64,000 nt of DNA from Epithemia pelagica (Eukaryota; Protista; Bacillariophyta): NCBI GenBank assembly GCA_946965045.2, contig OX337237.1:372001-436000 (forward strand), read 5' to 3'. A program made the translations under genes and the position numbers. Below, piece after piece: positions 1 through 9,485 of this stretch; positions within the stretch are counted from its first letter, which is position 1, and every line of letters starts with the position of its first letter. Under the pieces are notes generated by a model. That model did not search any database. It saw only the letters and a list, made by a program, of their open reading frames with translations, and was not told where the DNA came from.

Positions 1-2771
1 TCACTGATAAGAGTCTCCATGGCACCACGAAACCGGATGTTATCCTGAAGAGTATTGACAAACTGTTTGGTTGACTTGATCCCATAGATATCAGTAACCA
101 GAGTATCTCGACCAACAAAGATTTGTGCGACTTTACCACCATGGTCAACAGCAGGGGTGTCGGAGAAAACCGAGTCAGTAGCAACGGGTTCATGACGTCG
201 AGGTATATTAAGGACCGGATTGCGAGCCTTGAAATGTTTCTTGAGGGTGTCGTGGTCAAAAGTAATGCTACCATTACGTGTAGTGTGCTTGAACGTATCG
301 GCAATAACATCTTCAGATTGCCAACCAAAGAATGGACGGAACTTCTTCCAGTCATATGCTTCCTGGTAACGACGGTGGACAGAGGCATGAAGTGTAGGAT
401 CATTACCTTCTGCGTCAGCATAGATAGAAAAGAAGGGTGCGTCGTCGGGTCCATGATCGTATGGGAGATCCAAAAGGAGATTGAGGTTACAAACAACACG
501 ATCAGTGTACTCCCCATAGTTGTCATATGGATGGTTCGACATACTACCATCAGTCTTGACGTGTTTCCAATCAGGATCATTGTCAGAGGGTGTGGGAGAA
601 TACGAATGGTCCAGAACACCAGGATCCCATGTGTCGTGTGACGTGAAGATGATCTGAGGTAAGGTATCCATGTCATCGTCGCTGGGGATACCCAAGGAGT
701 GGATATAGGCTAACCCATCCTTGATGTGAAGGGGTATGGCACGACCATCAAGTGTAGTGATGCGTTGTTTACCATCAACTTTAACAGATCGTTCATCAAC
801 AGCAAGTCCGAAATGCTCGAATTGACCAGGAGCATGGATAGATAAGCCCTTTCCATAATAAGCATATTCATTGAAGATGCCGACAATAGGTCCGTCATTG
901 GTCTCAAACTTTGCGGCACATGTGACGACAGGAAGTCCAGTAAGTTCATGGTTATCAATACCCACAATAGTGATATGGCGGCCAGTCTTAGAAAGGATGC
1001 GCATGTCAGAACCAGCAAGTCCTCCATTAGCACCACGGTCAATCAATTGATTTCCTGGTAAAGTAGATTTCCTGGAAAACAGATAGCGTGGAACATGTCC
1101 TGCTTGTTTATGCATGTTGGTTTTGAAAGTAACCTTCTTGCTCGTCTTGGACTTGGCGTTAGAAAGAACACTAGTCAGGTCAGTTGCCGGGTGATTGATA
1201 TCAGTCGTCATGGCTTGGTTGATAAATTGTGTAACCGGATCTGAATCATCTGAATGCTCAGGGACTATGCCAGGTGAGTCGTCATCAGATGCAACTTGGT
1301 TGGGGTCAGGATCAGGTTCCGGATCAATGTCGAGGGCATGTGTTTGCACTGTCCTCGGTGTTGTTGATGAAGGTGCTTGAATCATCTTGTTATACTCAAT
1401 GATCAACTTGCAATCTTCTTCAGAAAGTTTGAACCATAGGTCACGCGGTAGACTAACCTTGGACGAAGAGGATGGAGATTCAGATGTCGCTTTGGTGTTG
1501 TGGACATGATACTCCATATCATCTTGTGAGGTTATGTCAGCATCTGTATCTTGGCCATATAGTGATTCATGTTGTTTGACATGTCGACGGCGACTATGAA
1601 CAGATGACTGGGTTGCTTGATCATGGTCATAAGCTGCGTCTAGAAGGAGACGGAAGTATGATTGATAGCAAAGGGATTTTGCACCGGATTTGGTGTTCAC
1701 CACATTATCCAAGATCTTGACTCGGCGGAGATCAGGTACCTTTTCTACAGCTTGCATGAGGAAGGTCATCCTGGTATGATCAGGGATGCAATCAGACAAT
1801 GTCACTAAATTGTCTAGCAAACGTAGCTGCTCTTGAAAGTGTAGAAGAAATTGACGTGTTGTTCCGCGCCATGTGTCGTCAAGGCGTAGATTGGAAATGT
1901 AGTTGGTTAAGCGGAGGACTTCTCGCTTTGCTAGGTCGGATTCGGTATGCAAAGAGTGTAACTTCTGCAATACGGCACGCGCATCTTCATCATGTTCATG
2001 TTCACGTACATAGGCTCGACCTTGGTCAGTCTGAATGATACGGACAAGAACGGAGTAAAGAAATACTTGTTGCTCTTGGAAAAGTTCTTCGGCATACTCA
2101 TCATCATGGGGTGGTGTGTATTTGAAATTCAGAACGTTGGATAGGCCTTGAGCCTTAGCTGTAGTCTTGAATACACGCCAGAATGAATCGTAGTATCGTT
2201 CATCCTTGAATACCTCATATGCAGTTGCGTCGCGCTTAGTTCCCTTTCTGAATGCTGTAAGGTCTTGTTGAGATTGGGATGCGGCAGTAACTGTGCTGAC
2301 AGATTTCACAGATGACGGTGACTTCATTGGCGAGACTGGGACTTGGCTAGGTGGTCCTTTAGAGAAATCTGTGTTGATCCTCCAAGTGTTGAACTCTTTC
2401 CTCGTTAGGTTCATCCAGTCGCTATTGGATAGCTGGTCTTGAATTTCATTGGTCTTGTATGTGGCCCAATAAGCCAAGAGCTTGATCTGCTGTCTTGTGG
2501 GGCCTTGTAGATCATGTGTCTGTTTGTTGACCTTGTATTGTGTCAGTTCCTTCATGGATTCCTCGGTATTAGTTTGCATATACGAGATAACATGGGTAAT
2601 GTTCTCAAAACCATGGTATTTCATCCACTTCATTAAGTAGTCGGCCCTTTCTTTGGTAAAGAATTGGCAGACAGTAAATATGATGTGGTCGAATAAGTCT
2701 GTGTCCGAGACATTGTCTTGGTTATCTTCTCCCTTAGGAGTCGTAGGTGTCTTGGGTGATTGAGGATCCAT
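1..2771 (-). CDS. gag-pol: Gag-Pol polyprotein of copia A (partial: gag, protease, start of integrase)
   Basis: ATG at 2771 (MDPQSPKTP...). Hand translation of several segments gives FRKGTKRDATAY, protease LIDRGANGGL and integrase LQDNIRFRGAMETLIS, all aligning to element C. Start and window-edge codons share a frame. It is probably missing from the ORF track because there is no stop inside the window. Confidence 0.88.
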   Translation of the reverse strand, partial: MDPQSPKTPTTPKGEDNQDNVSDTDLFDHIIFTVCQFFTKERADYLMKWMKYHGFENITHVISYMQTNTEESMKELTQYKVNKQTHDLQGPTRQQIKLLAYWATYKTNEIQDQLSNSDWMNLTRKEFNTWRINTDFSKGPPSQVPVSPMKSPSSVKSVSTVTAASQSQQDLTAFRKGTKRDATAYEVFKDERYYDSFWRVFKTTAKAQGLSNVLNFKYTPPHDDEYAEELFQEQQVFLYSVLVRIIQTDQGRAYVREHEHDEDARAVLQKLHSLHTESDLAKREVLRLTNYISNLRLDDTWRGTTRQFLLHFQEQLRLLDNLVTLSDCIPDHTRMTFLMQAVEKVPDLRRVKILDNVVNTKSGAKSLCYQSYFRLLLDAAYDHDQATQSSVHSRRRHVKQHESLYGQDTDADITSQDDMEYHVHNTKATSESPSSSSKVSLPRDLWFKLSEEDCKLIIEYNKMIQAPSSTTPRTVQTHALDIDPEPDPDPNQVASDDDSPGIVPEHSDDSDPVTQFINQAMTTDINHPATDLTSVLSNAKSKTSKKVTFKTNMHKQAGHVPRYLFSRKSTLPGNQLIDRGANGGLAGSDMRILSKTGRHITIVGIDNHELTGLPVVTCAAKFETNDGPIVGIFNEYAYYGKGLSIHAPGQFEHFGLAVDERSVKVDGKQRITTLDGRAIPLHIKDGLAYIHSLGIPSDDDMDTLPQIIFTSHDTWDPGVLDHSYSPTPSDNDPDWKHVKTDGSMSNHPYDNYGEYTDRVVCNLNLLLDLPYDHGPDDAPFFSIYADAEGNDPTLHASVHRRYQEAYDWKKFRPFFGWQSEDVIADTFKHTTRNGSITFDHDTLKKHFKARNPVLNIPRRHEPVATDSVFSDTPAVDHGGKVAQIFVGRDTLVTDIYGIKSTKQFVNTLQDNIRFRGAMETLIS

Positions 2772-3091
2772 GGTGTTATTTGGTTGGTTCGATGTTTATT
2801 TAATGTGCGGTGTGATGTGGTTTATTTAATGTGTGATGTGATGTGAACCCGGATGTACCACGTGTGCCACGTATGTACCACGTATGTGATACCCGGATGT
2901 GTGTTGTGATGTGCGACTCCTGGAAATTTCCGTTGATTTCGACAAATTTTCGCCGAGTTTGAACAAATTTTCGCCGAATTTTCGCGATTTGACGGGAATG
3001 TGTGGCGTGTTGTGCGACCAAGGGTACCCGGATGTGCGTTGAGTTTAAGTCTTGGAAAGGTTTTGAGAGGACGGGAGTTAACTATGAGTAA

Positions 3092-3871
3092 TTAAGCTTC
3101 GGTCTCCGAATCCTCACCCTCTTCCGAATGATCAGAGTCGCTTCCAGGCTCAGATGGGGCAGCACAAGCAACAGAAGAAGGGGTATCACCTTCAGCCAGG
3201 TGGTTCTCGACCTCGGTACGCAAAGGGTAGATAGTTGCACGATGGTCCTCGATGGTATGGACCTCGTGGATGTAGGCAACGTAGTTATCTAGGCGTACAA
3301 CGTTAGGAGGCAGAGGGCAAGTCGTCGCGTTCACGACGTGGATGGTATTGTAGTATCCAGTTGGGCGCTCGAAGGTTAGGAAGCGGAGGTGGACAGTACG
3401 GATGGGGTTGCCCGAGAGGGCGGCAAAGATGAGGCGACGCCTCGGAGAACGATGAAGTTGGTCGTTCAGACGGTCAATGTCTTCTTGGTCGACGATGTGG
3501 GTCACCGATTGGAACTGGCGTTCGATCTGGGTCTCCCCACGGATGATCTCGGGATCGAAGGTCGAACAAGTTGGTTGACGGAAGTACTTGATATGATCAG
3601 CAATCAACCGGGTGGTACGACGGGATCAAGAAGGGACGAGCCGACGAGGCGGACTCGGGGGCCGAAGCAACGGCGCAGGGATTGGAGCGTGAGGCTGGGT
3701 TGGAGTCTCGAATGGGTTGCTGTTGGAACTGTCGACGGAGATGTTGACCGATGTGTTGGCTGCCTTCGGCGTCGGCACCAGTTCCTGCTGCACCAGGGTA
3801 TCGGGCTGCCCGGGATGCAGGTTGGCTCGATAGATCTGTCGTACAGGAGTGATAATCTCGTTAGTATCCAT
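3092..3871 (-). pseudogene. Accessory ORF0 of copia A, with a premature stop at 3626-3628
   Basis: ORFs 3626-3871 and 3092-3607 are in one frame. They read ...PPRRLVPS*SRRTTRLIADHIKYFR, against PPRRLNPTRTRRTSRLLTAHIRHFR in element B, so TGA replaces an Arg codon. Confidence 0.8.
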
Positions 3872-3893
3872 GAAACCACAAGGAAATAAGCTT

Positions 3894-3907
3894 TGAGACT
3901 GTTAATC
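3894..3907 (-). other. Primer-binding site of copia A (GATTAACAGTCTCA)
   Basis: Directly follows the LTR-terminal CA. The identical 14-mer follows the 5' LTRs of B and C. Confidence 0.8.
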
Positions 3908-4690
3908 TGTTACAATTCTTTCTGAATCGTAGGGACATTGGTGCTCGGTAGAGCAGACAATCAGGTAGGTCACCAACCGATACAAGCTTCTCAGGGTCAG
4001 AGAAGCAAGCAAGTCAAAGTCTATCAGAAGGATAGTCGGGACACAAAAGAGGATGTGATAAATGGTGATATTGTTAGATTGTGTGTTGATTACTACGATA
4101 GGTCTACGTGAAATGTTCGGTCCTGCCAAGGGTCATGTGTCATAAGTTCTTGGCGGCAACAGGTTTGGAATAGTTGGAGTTGATTCATGTGATGTATATG
4201 ACATGTATATGTGGGCGGATAACATATACAGGGTCAACAGCTCTTGCTTTGGATTGGCATAGTTGTTTTCATGGCGCGCAGCTTGTTGACAATTTGGAGA
4301 TTGTGGGAATGGAAATATGGTCTCGCGTGATCGTGTGTCGTGCTTGGGATACTTAGACCGTTGGGTCGGATAGATGCCGATAGCGCTCGGATGTCGCTTG
4401 GGCGCGCTCGATGATTTCGGGCGCGTACGCTTAGGGCGTTAGTATAATGTCCGAGCAACGGCCAAATTTACGTCCGTTGTAATACCGCACGACCCAGTTT
4501 AGTCTTGAGAGTGAGTTCGTCAATCTATTCTCACTTTTCATGATTTGCGAAGAAATATAGGTCGATATAGCGCGAAGCTAGGAAACATAGCTCGAAGCTA
4601 GAGGGCATGATGCGATAGCACGAGGCTATGTGACATGGGGAATCGATGAGATGTAGAATCTAACCACCATAGACGGTGAGAATTCTAACA
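3908..4690 (-). repeat. 5' LTR of copia A (783 bp)
   Basis: TG...CA termini; blocks of similarity to the B/C LTR (e.g. CACGATCACGCGAGACCATAT). The partner LTR is outside the window. Confidence 0.85.
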
Positions 4691-7600
4691 ACCAACCCAT
4701 AATTTTCTTGCGGGCTGTTTCAAAAGGCCCCGTGTCAAGTGGCTTGGTGAAAGTGTCGCCAAGTTGGTCGGTTGTAGCAATGGCCTTCATGAAGATACCA
4801 TTGGGATCAGAGCTGTTGGGTGAACTGAGATGTGAGCGGAACCAGTGATATTTGATGCCGATGTGTTTGCTGCGTGGTGTCATACGTGGGGGATCTTTTG
4901 TTGCCAGTTGTAAGGCGGCTTGGTTGTCCTCCCATATGGTACAGACGAAGCTGGGGCCAGCTGCATTGAGGTGCAGGTGCTTGATGATTTTGGCCAATTG
5001 ATTCCGTAGAGGCAGTAGGGTACGCATACTTGTTGAAGCAGCAATATATTCGGCCTCCATGGTTGAGAGGGCGATCTCTGTTTGAAGTTTACTGCTCCAA
5101 GTGATAGGAGATTGTCCAATAGTGATGATGAAACCGGTTCTGGAACGTACAGAGGTGGGATCGTCGGAGTTTTCGTTGCTCCATAGGCCAGCGAAATCGG
5201 CGTCCACGTAGCAGTGTAAGCTCAGGTCTTTGGAGGGTTGTAGAATGAGTCCTCGTTCGGCGGTTCCCATTAGGTAGCGACCGATTCGTTTGAGTGCTTT
5301 GCCGTGCAGTGCTGTGGGATTATTGCTAAATCGCGCTGTCTGGTTGATTGCGAAAGCACAGTCAGGTCGTGTATTGTTGCCAAGGTAGAGGAGCATTCCT
5401 ACGACCGATCGGTAATTGTAGGTAGCGTTGAGTGGCTCACCGTCGATGTCTTTTCCGATCGTTTTGGTTGCGGGTGTCGGCTTGGGATTAGATTTCTCCA
5501 GACCCAATGCGTTGATGATGCTGCGTGTGAGATGAGGTTGTCGTAGTTCGACGGTTCCGTTATCGTGGTGTTTGATCTCTACACCGAGGTACGTTGGGAG
5601 GTCACCGAGATGTTCGTAGTCCATCTTCAGTTTTGTGAGGCCTTCAAGGATCCGGTTGACACTCGCTTCGTCATGCCCACAGATCACTGCGTCATCCACA
5701 TAAGTGATCATGACACATCCTAGTCCAATGAACAAGCAGGGATCTGATCCATCGGGCTTGAGCCCAATTTGCTCCAATTTCTCCCGGAGGTAGTCATACC
5801 ACAAGCGTGGCGCACGACAGTCTCCATACAGACTCTTCGTTACCTCCAGCACCTTATCGCGTTGTCCGGTGCCATATCCTTGGGGCAAGTTGACGTAGAT
5901 TGGTTCTGGGAGATCCGACTGCACGAATGCGTTTTTGAAGTCGATTGACACAGTGTGTAGCTTGTGTTGTATCGACAAGTTCAGCAGGAGACGAACCGTT
6001 GGCCAATCAATCACTGGGGCGAAGGTATCGTCGCGGCTGAAAGAGGCTTTCTGTTGGTCGCCTCGGACGACCAGTCTGGCTTTGTAGCGTGATATCGTTC
6101 CATCGGGTTTACGTTTTCGTACGAACGTCCACATGACGTCAACAATCTCTTTACCATTTGCCTTGGATCGTGGAACAAGCTTGAAGGTTCGCTTTGCTTC
6201 TAGTTCGTTGAGTTCCTTGTCCATGGCGGCGATCCATTTGTCTTGTTCCTCACGTGAAAGCATTCGGATGTCGAAGTAGGACGGTGCATCCTCATTGATG
6301 GCCTTGGCGTTGAAATACAGTGGATGCCAATCGTCGATGATTCCCAGTGGTGACTGAATCTGGGCGAGCAAGTGTGAATCGAAGGTTGAGGATAACTTGT
6401 CTGGGTGCAGAGACGTTGGAAAGTCCCATTGGAGGGAGTTAGCGTAGTGTCCGAATGCCACAGGGTCGTCGTTGATGGCAGACATTGAAAAGCATCGGTC
6501 TTGGGAACTAACATGTGTCCAGAAACTGTCTTGAGTGCCATGGTCATTGTCTGGGAATCGTGTGGGAGCGCGACGTTGTCGTTGAGGACGTGCTGCTGGT
6601 GGTGGTACAGACTCACCCAGTGTCGATCCAACTGGTGATCCATCGACCTCGCCCGATTTTGAAGAGGGTTGAGACTGCTCGCCCGATTTTGGAAACGGTG
6701 ACTCGCCCGATTTTGAAGAAGGTAATGGAGTCGGTAGTTCCTCGTCCAAGTGCAAAGGAGGTGGGTCGATATCGTCGTCAAGGGGTTCGAAAGAATCGGA
6801 AGTTTCGGCCGTCTCGTGGAGGGGTGAGAGAGGAGTGTGATCGTCCAGTTGGAGGGGTGACTGTGAATCAAGGGTCGTCCGGCGATGATTACGACCAAGA
6901 ACTAACGGAGTACTAGGTGTTGTAGGACTGTCGGGTGACGGTGGCTGTGCCTGCTCGCCCTCGGGGACACTCGGGACTGGAAGGGACGGAGTGTCATCGA
7001 AGGAAACGGTAGGGGAAGACCAAATCGAATCTAAGTCGGGCATAGGCCCATCGCGTACCGGGTCGTGGTCATCCAAGTAGTGGTCACGGGTAAAGAAATC
7101 CGGCAAACTGTTATCGGAAGGGAAAGACCATGTACTGTTGACAGACATGAACAGTTCATCATAAACCACGTGGAACTGAGGTGAAATGTGGCCAGTATCC
7201 AGGTTCCGAATCATTCCAACCAAGCTTGAATGCTGTGAAGAAAAACCAAGGAACTGACCACGGCGCGAACGACGGGCCCACTTGGGGAGTTTCTTACCAT
7301 CTTGTAGTTTAGGATCTAAGACGTAACTAGGACATCCCCAAACACGAACACGACGTAACAGCGTACAGTCAATCTTGGATCCAGAGAAAACTTCCATCGG
7401 TGACAGATTCGTATCTTCATGAGGAACGTGGTTGTAAATCCATGTGGCGTACTCAACAGCCATGGGCCACAAGGACGGACAGAAAGCAGACGGCCATCGG
7501 ATGTGGCAGTGAATCATCATGGCTCGTGCCATGTAGGTGACAGTCTGTATTGCCCGTTCAGCTCCGGCGTTTTCATGATGGGCACCAACGCCAGACAATG

Positions 7601-9467
7601 TGCTTGTTGGAGACGGAAATGTATTACGGTCAGCCTTGATAGATTCCTGAAAAGCATCAGAAGTAAAGACGCCATTGTCGGAATGGTAGCGATGAACCTG
7701 TCGTCCAACTTGGAGAAGAGAAGTTTCGAACTGGTTCTTTGAAATGATAGTGTCGCTACTACCAAGTGAGACTTGAGGGTAACAGAAGATCGCCTTTGAT
7801 CCGTGATCAAAGAAGATTGTACCTCCTACGAAGCGATGCTCTGGTCGTTCTCGACCTCGAGTATGCCACAAGCGTCCACGAACGGTAGATTCGAAATGAT
7901 CCATGGAGACCAATTCACCTGGAATGAGTTTTCGATCGGTTGGCGTCAGGTGACCGGCTTGGGGATGCGGAACGTTGGCTTTTGTTTGCGTTGGACGTCG
8001 TCGAGCCTTCGCGTATAAACATGCCAAACATTTGGGAGCTTCACAGGTGCCACTGCTCTTGAAAGTGGCAGGAAGGCATGATGGTGTCATGTCGTCGGAA
8101 TCAGAAGTCGAACGGTCTCGGTACAAACGCTGGATGCGACGCATATGGACGTGACCCAAACGTTGATGATCCAACAAAAGCTGCTTTTGAGGTCGACTCA
8201 GATTGCGATTGGATGCATCCAAAGGATTGTCTTCGTGTTCGGATAAGAATTGGTGCAAGGTTGGTGGTGATTCGATCAATGCTCTGTCTTCTAAATGGCA
8301 ACGACACCACTGATTGAACCCACAACAACAATCAACCGGTCGGTGTTGAGGTGTTGTATGACTGGCGGCCTTGATATTCTTGACACGAACGATTGGAAGG
8401 TTGCTTGAGTAGTCGATGGGAATGGTGATGCGGCGTTCACTGTTCTTGTCAAGCATGATGCTTGCGAAGGACTGATTGCTAACGAAGGTTGGAAATCGCT
8501 GATCCTGTCGGAGATATGCGGCATTAATTTGAGGGGAACATAGTCGTGTTCCAGCGGCCTTGCAAAGATTGGCAGGGTAAACCCATCGACGTATGGAACC
8601 GTCCTCGTGGATAGCGTCATATCCAACAATCCCTGTGCCAATAATGGGAAATCGGTTGTCACTTGCGGCAGTTGACATGGAACCGTAGTTTCCATACTCC
8701 AACTCGACAAAGTCATCTTCGTTCATGGTTAAACCGGTTGAGGCGCCAGTGTCGAGGATAATTGGCACCACAGGATCTGTTGAAGCATCGCTCGTTGTCG
8801 TTTGGTAAACGGTCATGGTAGAGTCAATATGATGCATGGCATATCGGTACGTGTAACAAGGTGTATTGCTGTTGGCACGCAAAAGGTTGCTAAAGTCCGG
8901 ACCAAGTCGGTAAATGTGAGGATCATTGGACAAAGGTAAAAGGGTGTCTCGTGGCAAAAGGCGACGTTGATGTCCATTGTAACAATCAACCGTGGTGTCG
9001 TAGCGGCGTAGAGCACGCATTATCGGCCATGTATTCCAATCCGCTTCGTGTCGTGAATCACGCCATGTCTTGGTTCTTGCTCGTGCTTTCGTAGTATGCT
9101 CGCCCCTGACCCGTGGGAGAGGGAAACTCATAACTCCCAAAGGGTAAGTTGACGACGTAAAGACGAGGAAATGGAAGGCAAGGTAAAGGACCGAAAGGGG
9201 TTTCAAGCAAATGACATGATCCGACAAGCACAGACGGCTGTCGAAACCGCTGGGTGGGAAATGGAACGGTGGCTTGGGAAGTAAACGGTTGAGTTGTCGA
9301 AGATGTGCACGGCTAGAGGAAGTAAAGCGGAAGAACCAACCAACCAAGAGTAAAACCAAACAATCAACAATCGAAATCAAACAAAACCAACCACAAAGAC
9401 CGACCCAACAAAGAAAGGTATCCAACCACCAAGGGGGAGAAAGGGCATTCGAGTGCTGGAGAAACAC
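4626..9467 (-). CDS. pol: Pol of copia D (protease, GAG-pre-integrase, integrase, RT, RNase H)
   Basis: ILDTGAS (PR); HQRLGH...C..C; YHSDNGVF and ENAGAERAI (IN); KARLVVRGDQQ and YVDD (RT); YVDADFAG, TMEAEY, WEDNQ (RH). The natural end is ...RKKIMGW; the last 21 aa come from the A LTR. There is no ATG start at the 5' end of the frame, which fits entry by frameshift. Confidence 0.95.
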   Translation of the reverse strand: MFLQHSNALSPPWWLDTFLCWVGLCGWFCLISIVDCLVLLLVGWFFRFTSSSRAHLRQLNRLLPKPPFHFPPSGFDSRLCLSDHVICLKPLSVLYLAFHFLVFTSSTYPLGVMSFPLPRVRGEHTTKARARTKTWRDSRHEADWNTWPIMRALRRYDTTVDCYNGHQRRLLPRDTLLPLSNDPHIYRLGPDFSNLLRANSNTPCYTYRYAMHHIDSTMTVYQTTTSDASTDPVVPIILDTGASTGLTMNEDDFVELEYGNYGSMSTAASDNRFPIIGTGIVGYDAIHEDGSIRRWVYPANLCKAAGTRLCSPQINAAYLRQDQRFPTFVSNQSFASIMLDKNSERRITIPIDYSSNLPIVRVKNIKAASHTTPQHRPVDCCCGFNQWCRCHLEDRALIESPPTLHQFLSEHEDNPLDASNRNLSRPQKQLLLDHQRLGHVHMRRIQRLYRDRSTSDSDDMTPSCLPATFKSSGTCEAPKCLACLYAKARRRPTQTKANVPHPQAGHLTPTDRKLIPGELVSMDHFESTVRGRLWHTRGRERPEHRFVGGTIFFDHGSKAIFCYPQVSLGSSDTIISKNQFETSLLQVGRQVHRYHSDNGVFTSDAFQESIKADRNTFPSPTSTLSGVGAHHENAGAERAIQTVTYMARAMMIHCHIRWPSAFCPSLWPMAVEYATWIYNHVPHEDTNLSPMEVFSGSKIDCTLLRRVRVWGCPSYVLDPKLQDGKKLPKWARRSRRGQFLGFSSQHSSLVGMIRNLDTGHISPQFHVVYDELFMSVNSTWSFPSDNSLPDFFTRDHYLDDHDPVRDGPMPDLDSIWSSPTVSFDDTPSLPVPSVPEGEQAQPPSPDSPTTPSTPLVLGRNHRRTTLDSQSPLQLDDHTPLSPLHETAETSDSFEPLDDDIDPPPLHLDEELPTPLPSSKSGESPFPKSGEQSQPSSKSGEVDGSPVGSTLGESVPPPAARPQRQRRAPTRFPDNDHGTQDSFWTHVSSQDRCFSMSAINDDPVAFGHYANSLQWDFPTSLHPDKLSSTFDSHLLAQIQSPLGIIDDWHPLYFNAKAINEDAPSYFDIRMLSREEQDKWIAAMDKELNELEAKRTFKLVPRSKANGKEIVDVMWTFVRKRKPDGTISRYKARLVVRGDQQKASFSRDDTFAPVIDWPTVRLLLNLSIQHKLHTVSIDFKNAFVQSDLPEPIYVNLPQGYGTGQRDKVLEVTKSLYGDCRAPRLWYDYLREKLEQIGLKPDGSDPCLFIGLGCVMITYVDDAVICGHDEASVNRILEGLTKLKMDYEHLGDLPTYLGVEIKHHDNGTVELRQPHLTRSIINALGLEKSNPKPTPATKTIGKDIDGEPLNATYNYRSVVGMLLYLGNNTRPDCAFAINQTARFSNNPTALHGKALKRIGRYLMGTAERGLILQPSKDLSLHCYVDADFAGLWSNENSDDPTSVRSRTGFIITIGQSPITWSSKLQTEIALSTMEAEYIAASTSMRTLLPLRNQLAKIIKHLHLNAAGPSFVCTIWEDNQAALQLATKDPPRMTPRSKHIGIKYHWFRSHLSSPNSSDPNGIFMKAIATTDQLGDTFTKPLDTGPFETARKKIMGWLLEFSPSMVVRFYISSIPHVT

Positions 9468-9485
9468 TCGCCCTAGTGAAAATCC
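9442..9485 (-). other. Predicted -1 ribosomal frameshift cassette (G GAU UUU plus hairpin)
   Basis: Heptamer GGATTTT at 9485-9479 lies just before the gag stop. A -1 slip enters the open pol frame (TCA CTA GGG CGA GTG). A hairpin AGGGC-GAGTGT/GCACTC-GCCCT starts 4 nt downstream. Confidence 0.72.

Larger units (their letters stand above)
1..4690 (-). mobile_element. Ty1/copia LTR retrotransposon 'A' (CoDi-like), 5' part only; runs off the left edge of the window
   Basis: 5' LTR 4690-3908 starts TGTTAGAATTCTCACC and ends TAACA, and is homologous to the B/C LTRs (TGTTAGGATTCTCACC...). It is followed by the PBS, ORF0 and a gag-pol ORF homologous to 53822-59503. Confidence 0.93.

Noticed and set aside
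3908-4690. Interpreting this LTR as D's own 3' LTR shared in tandem with A
   Set aside because: No purine tract precedes it, it interrupts D's stop codon, and it is homologous to the B/C-type LTR with A's PBS.
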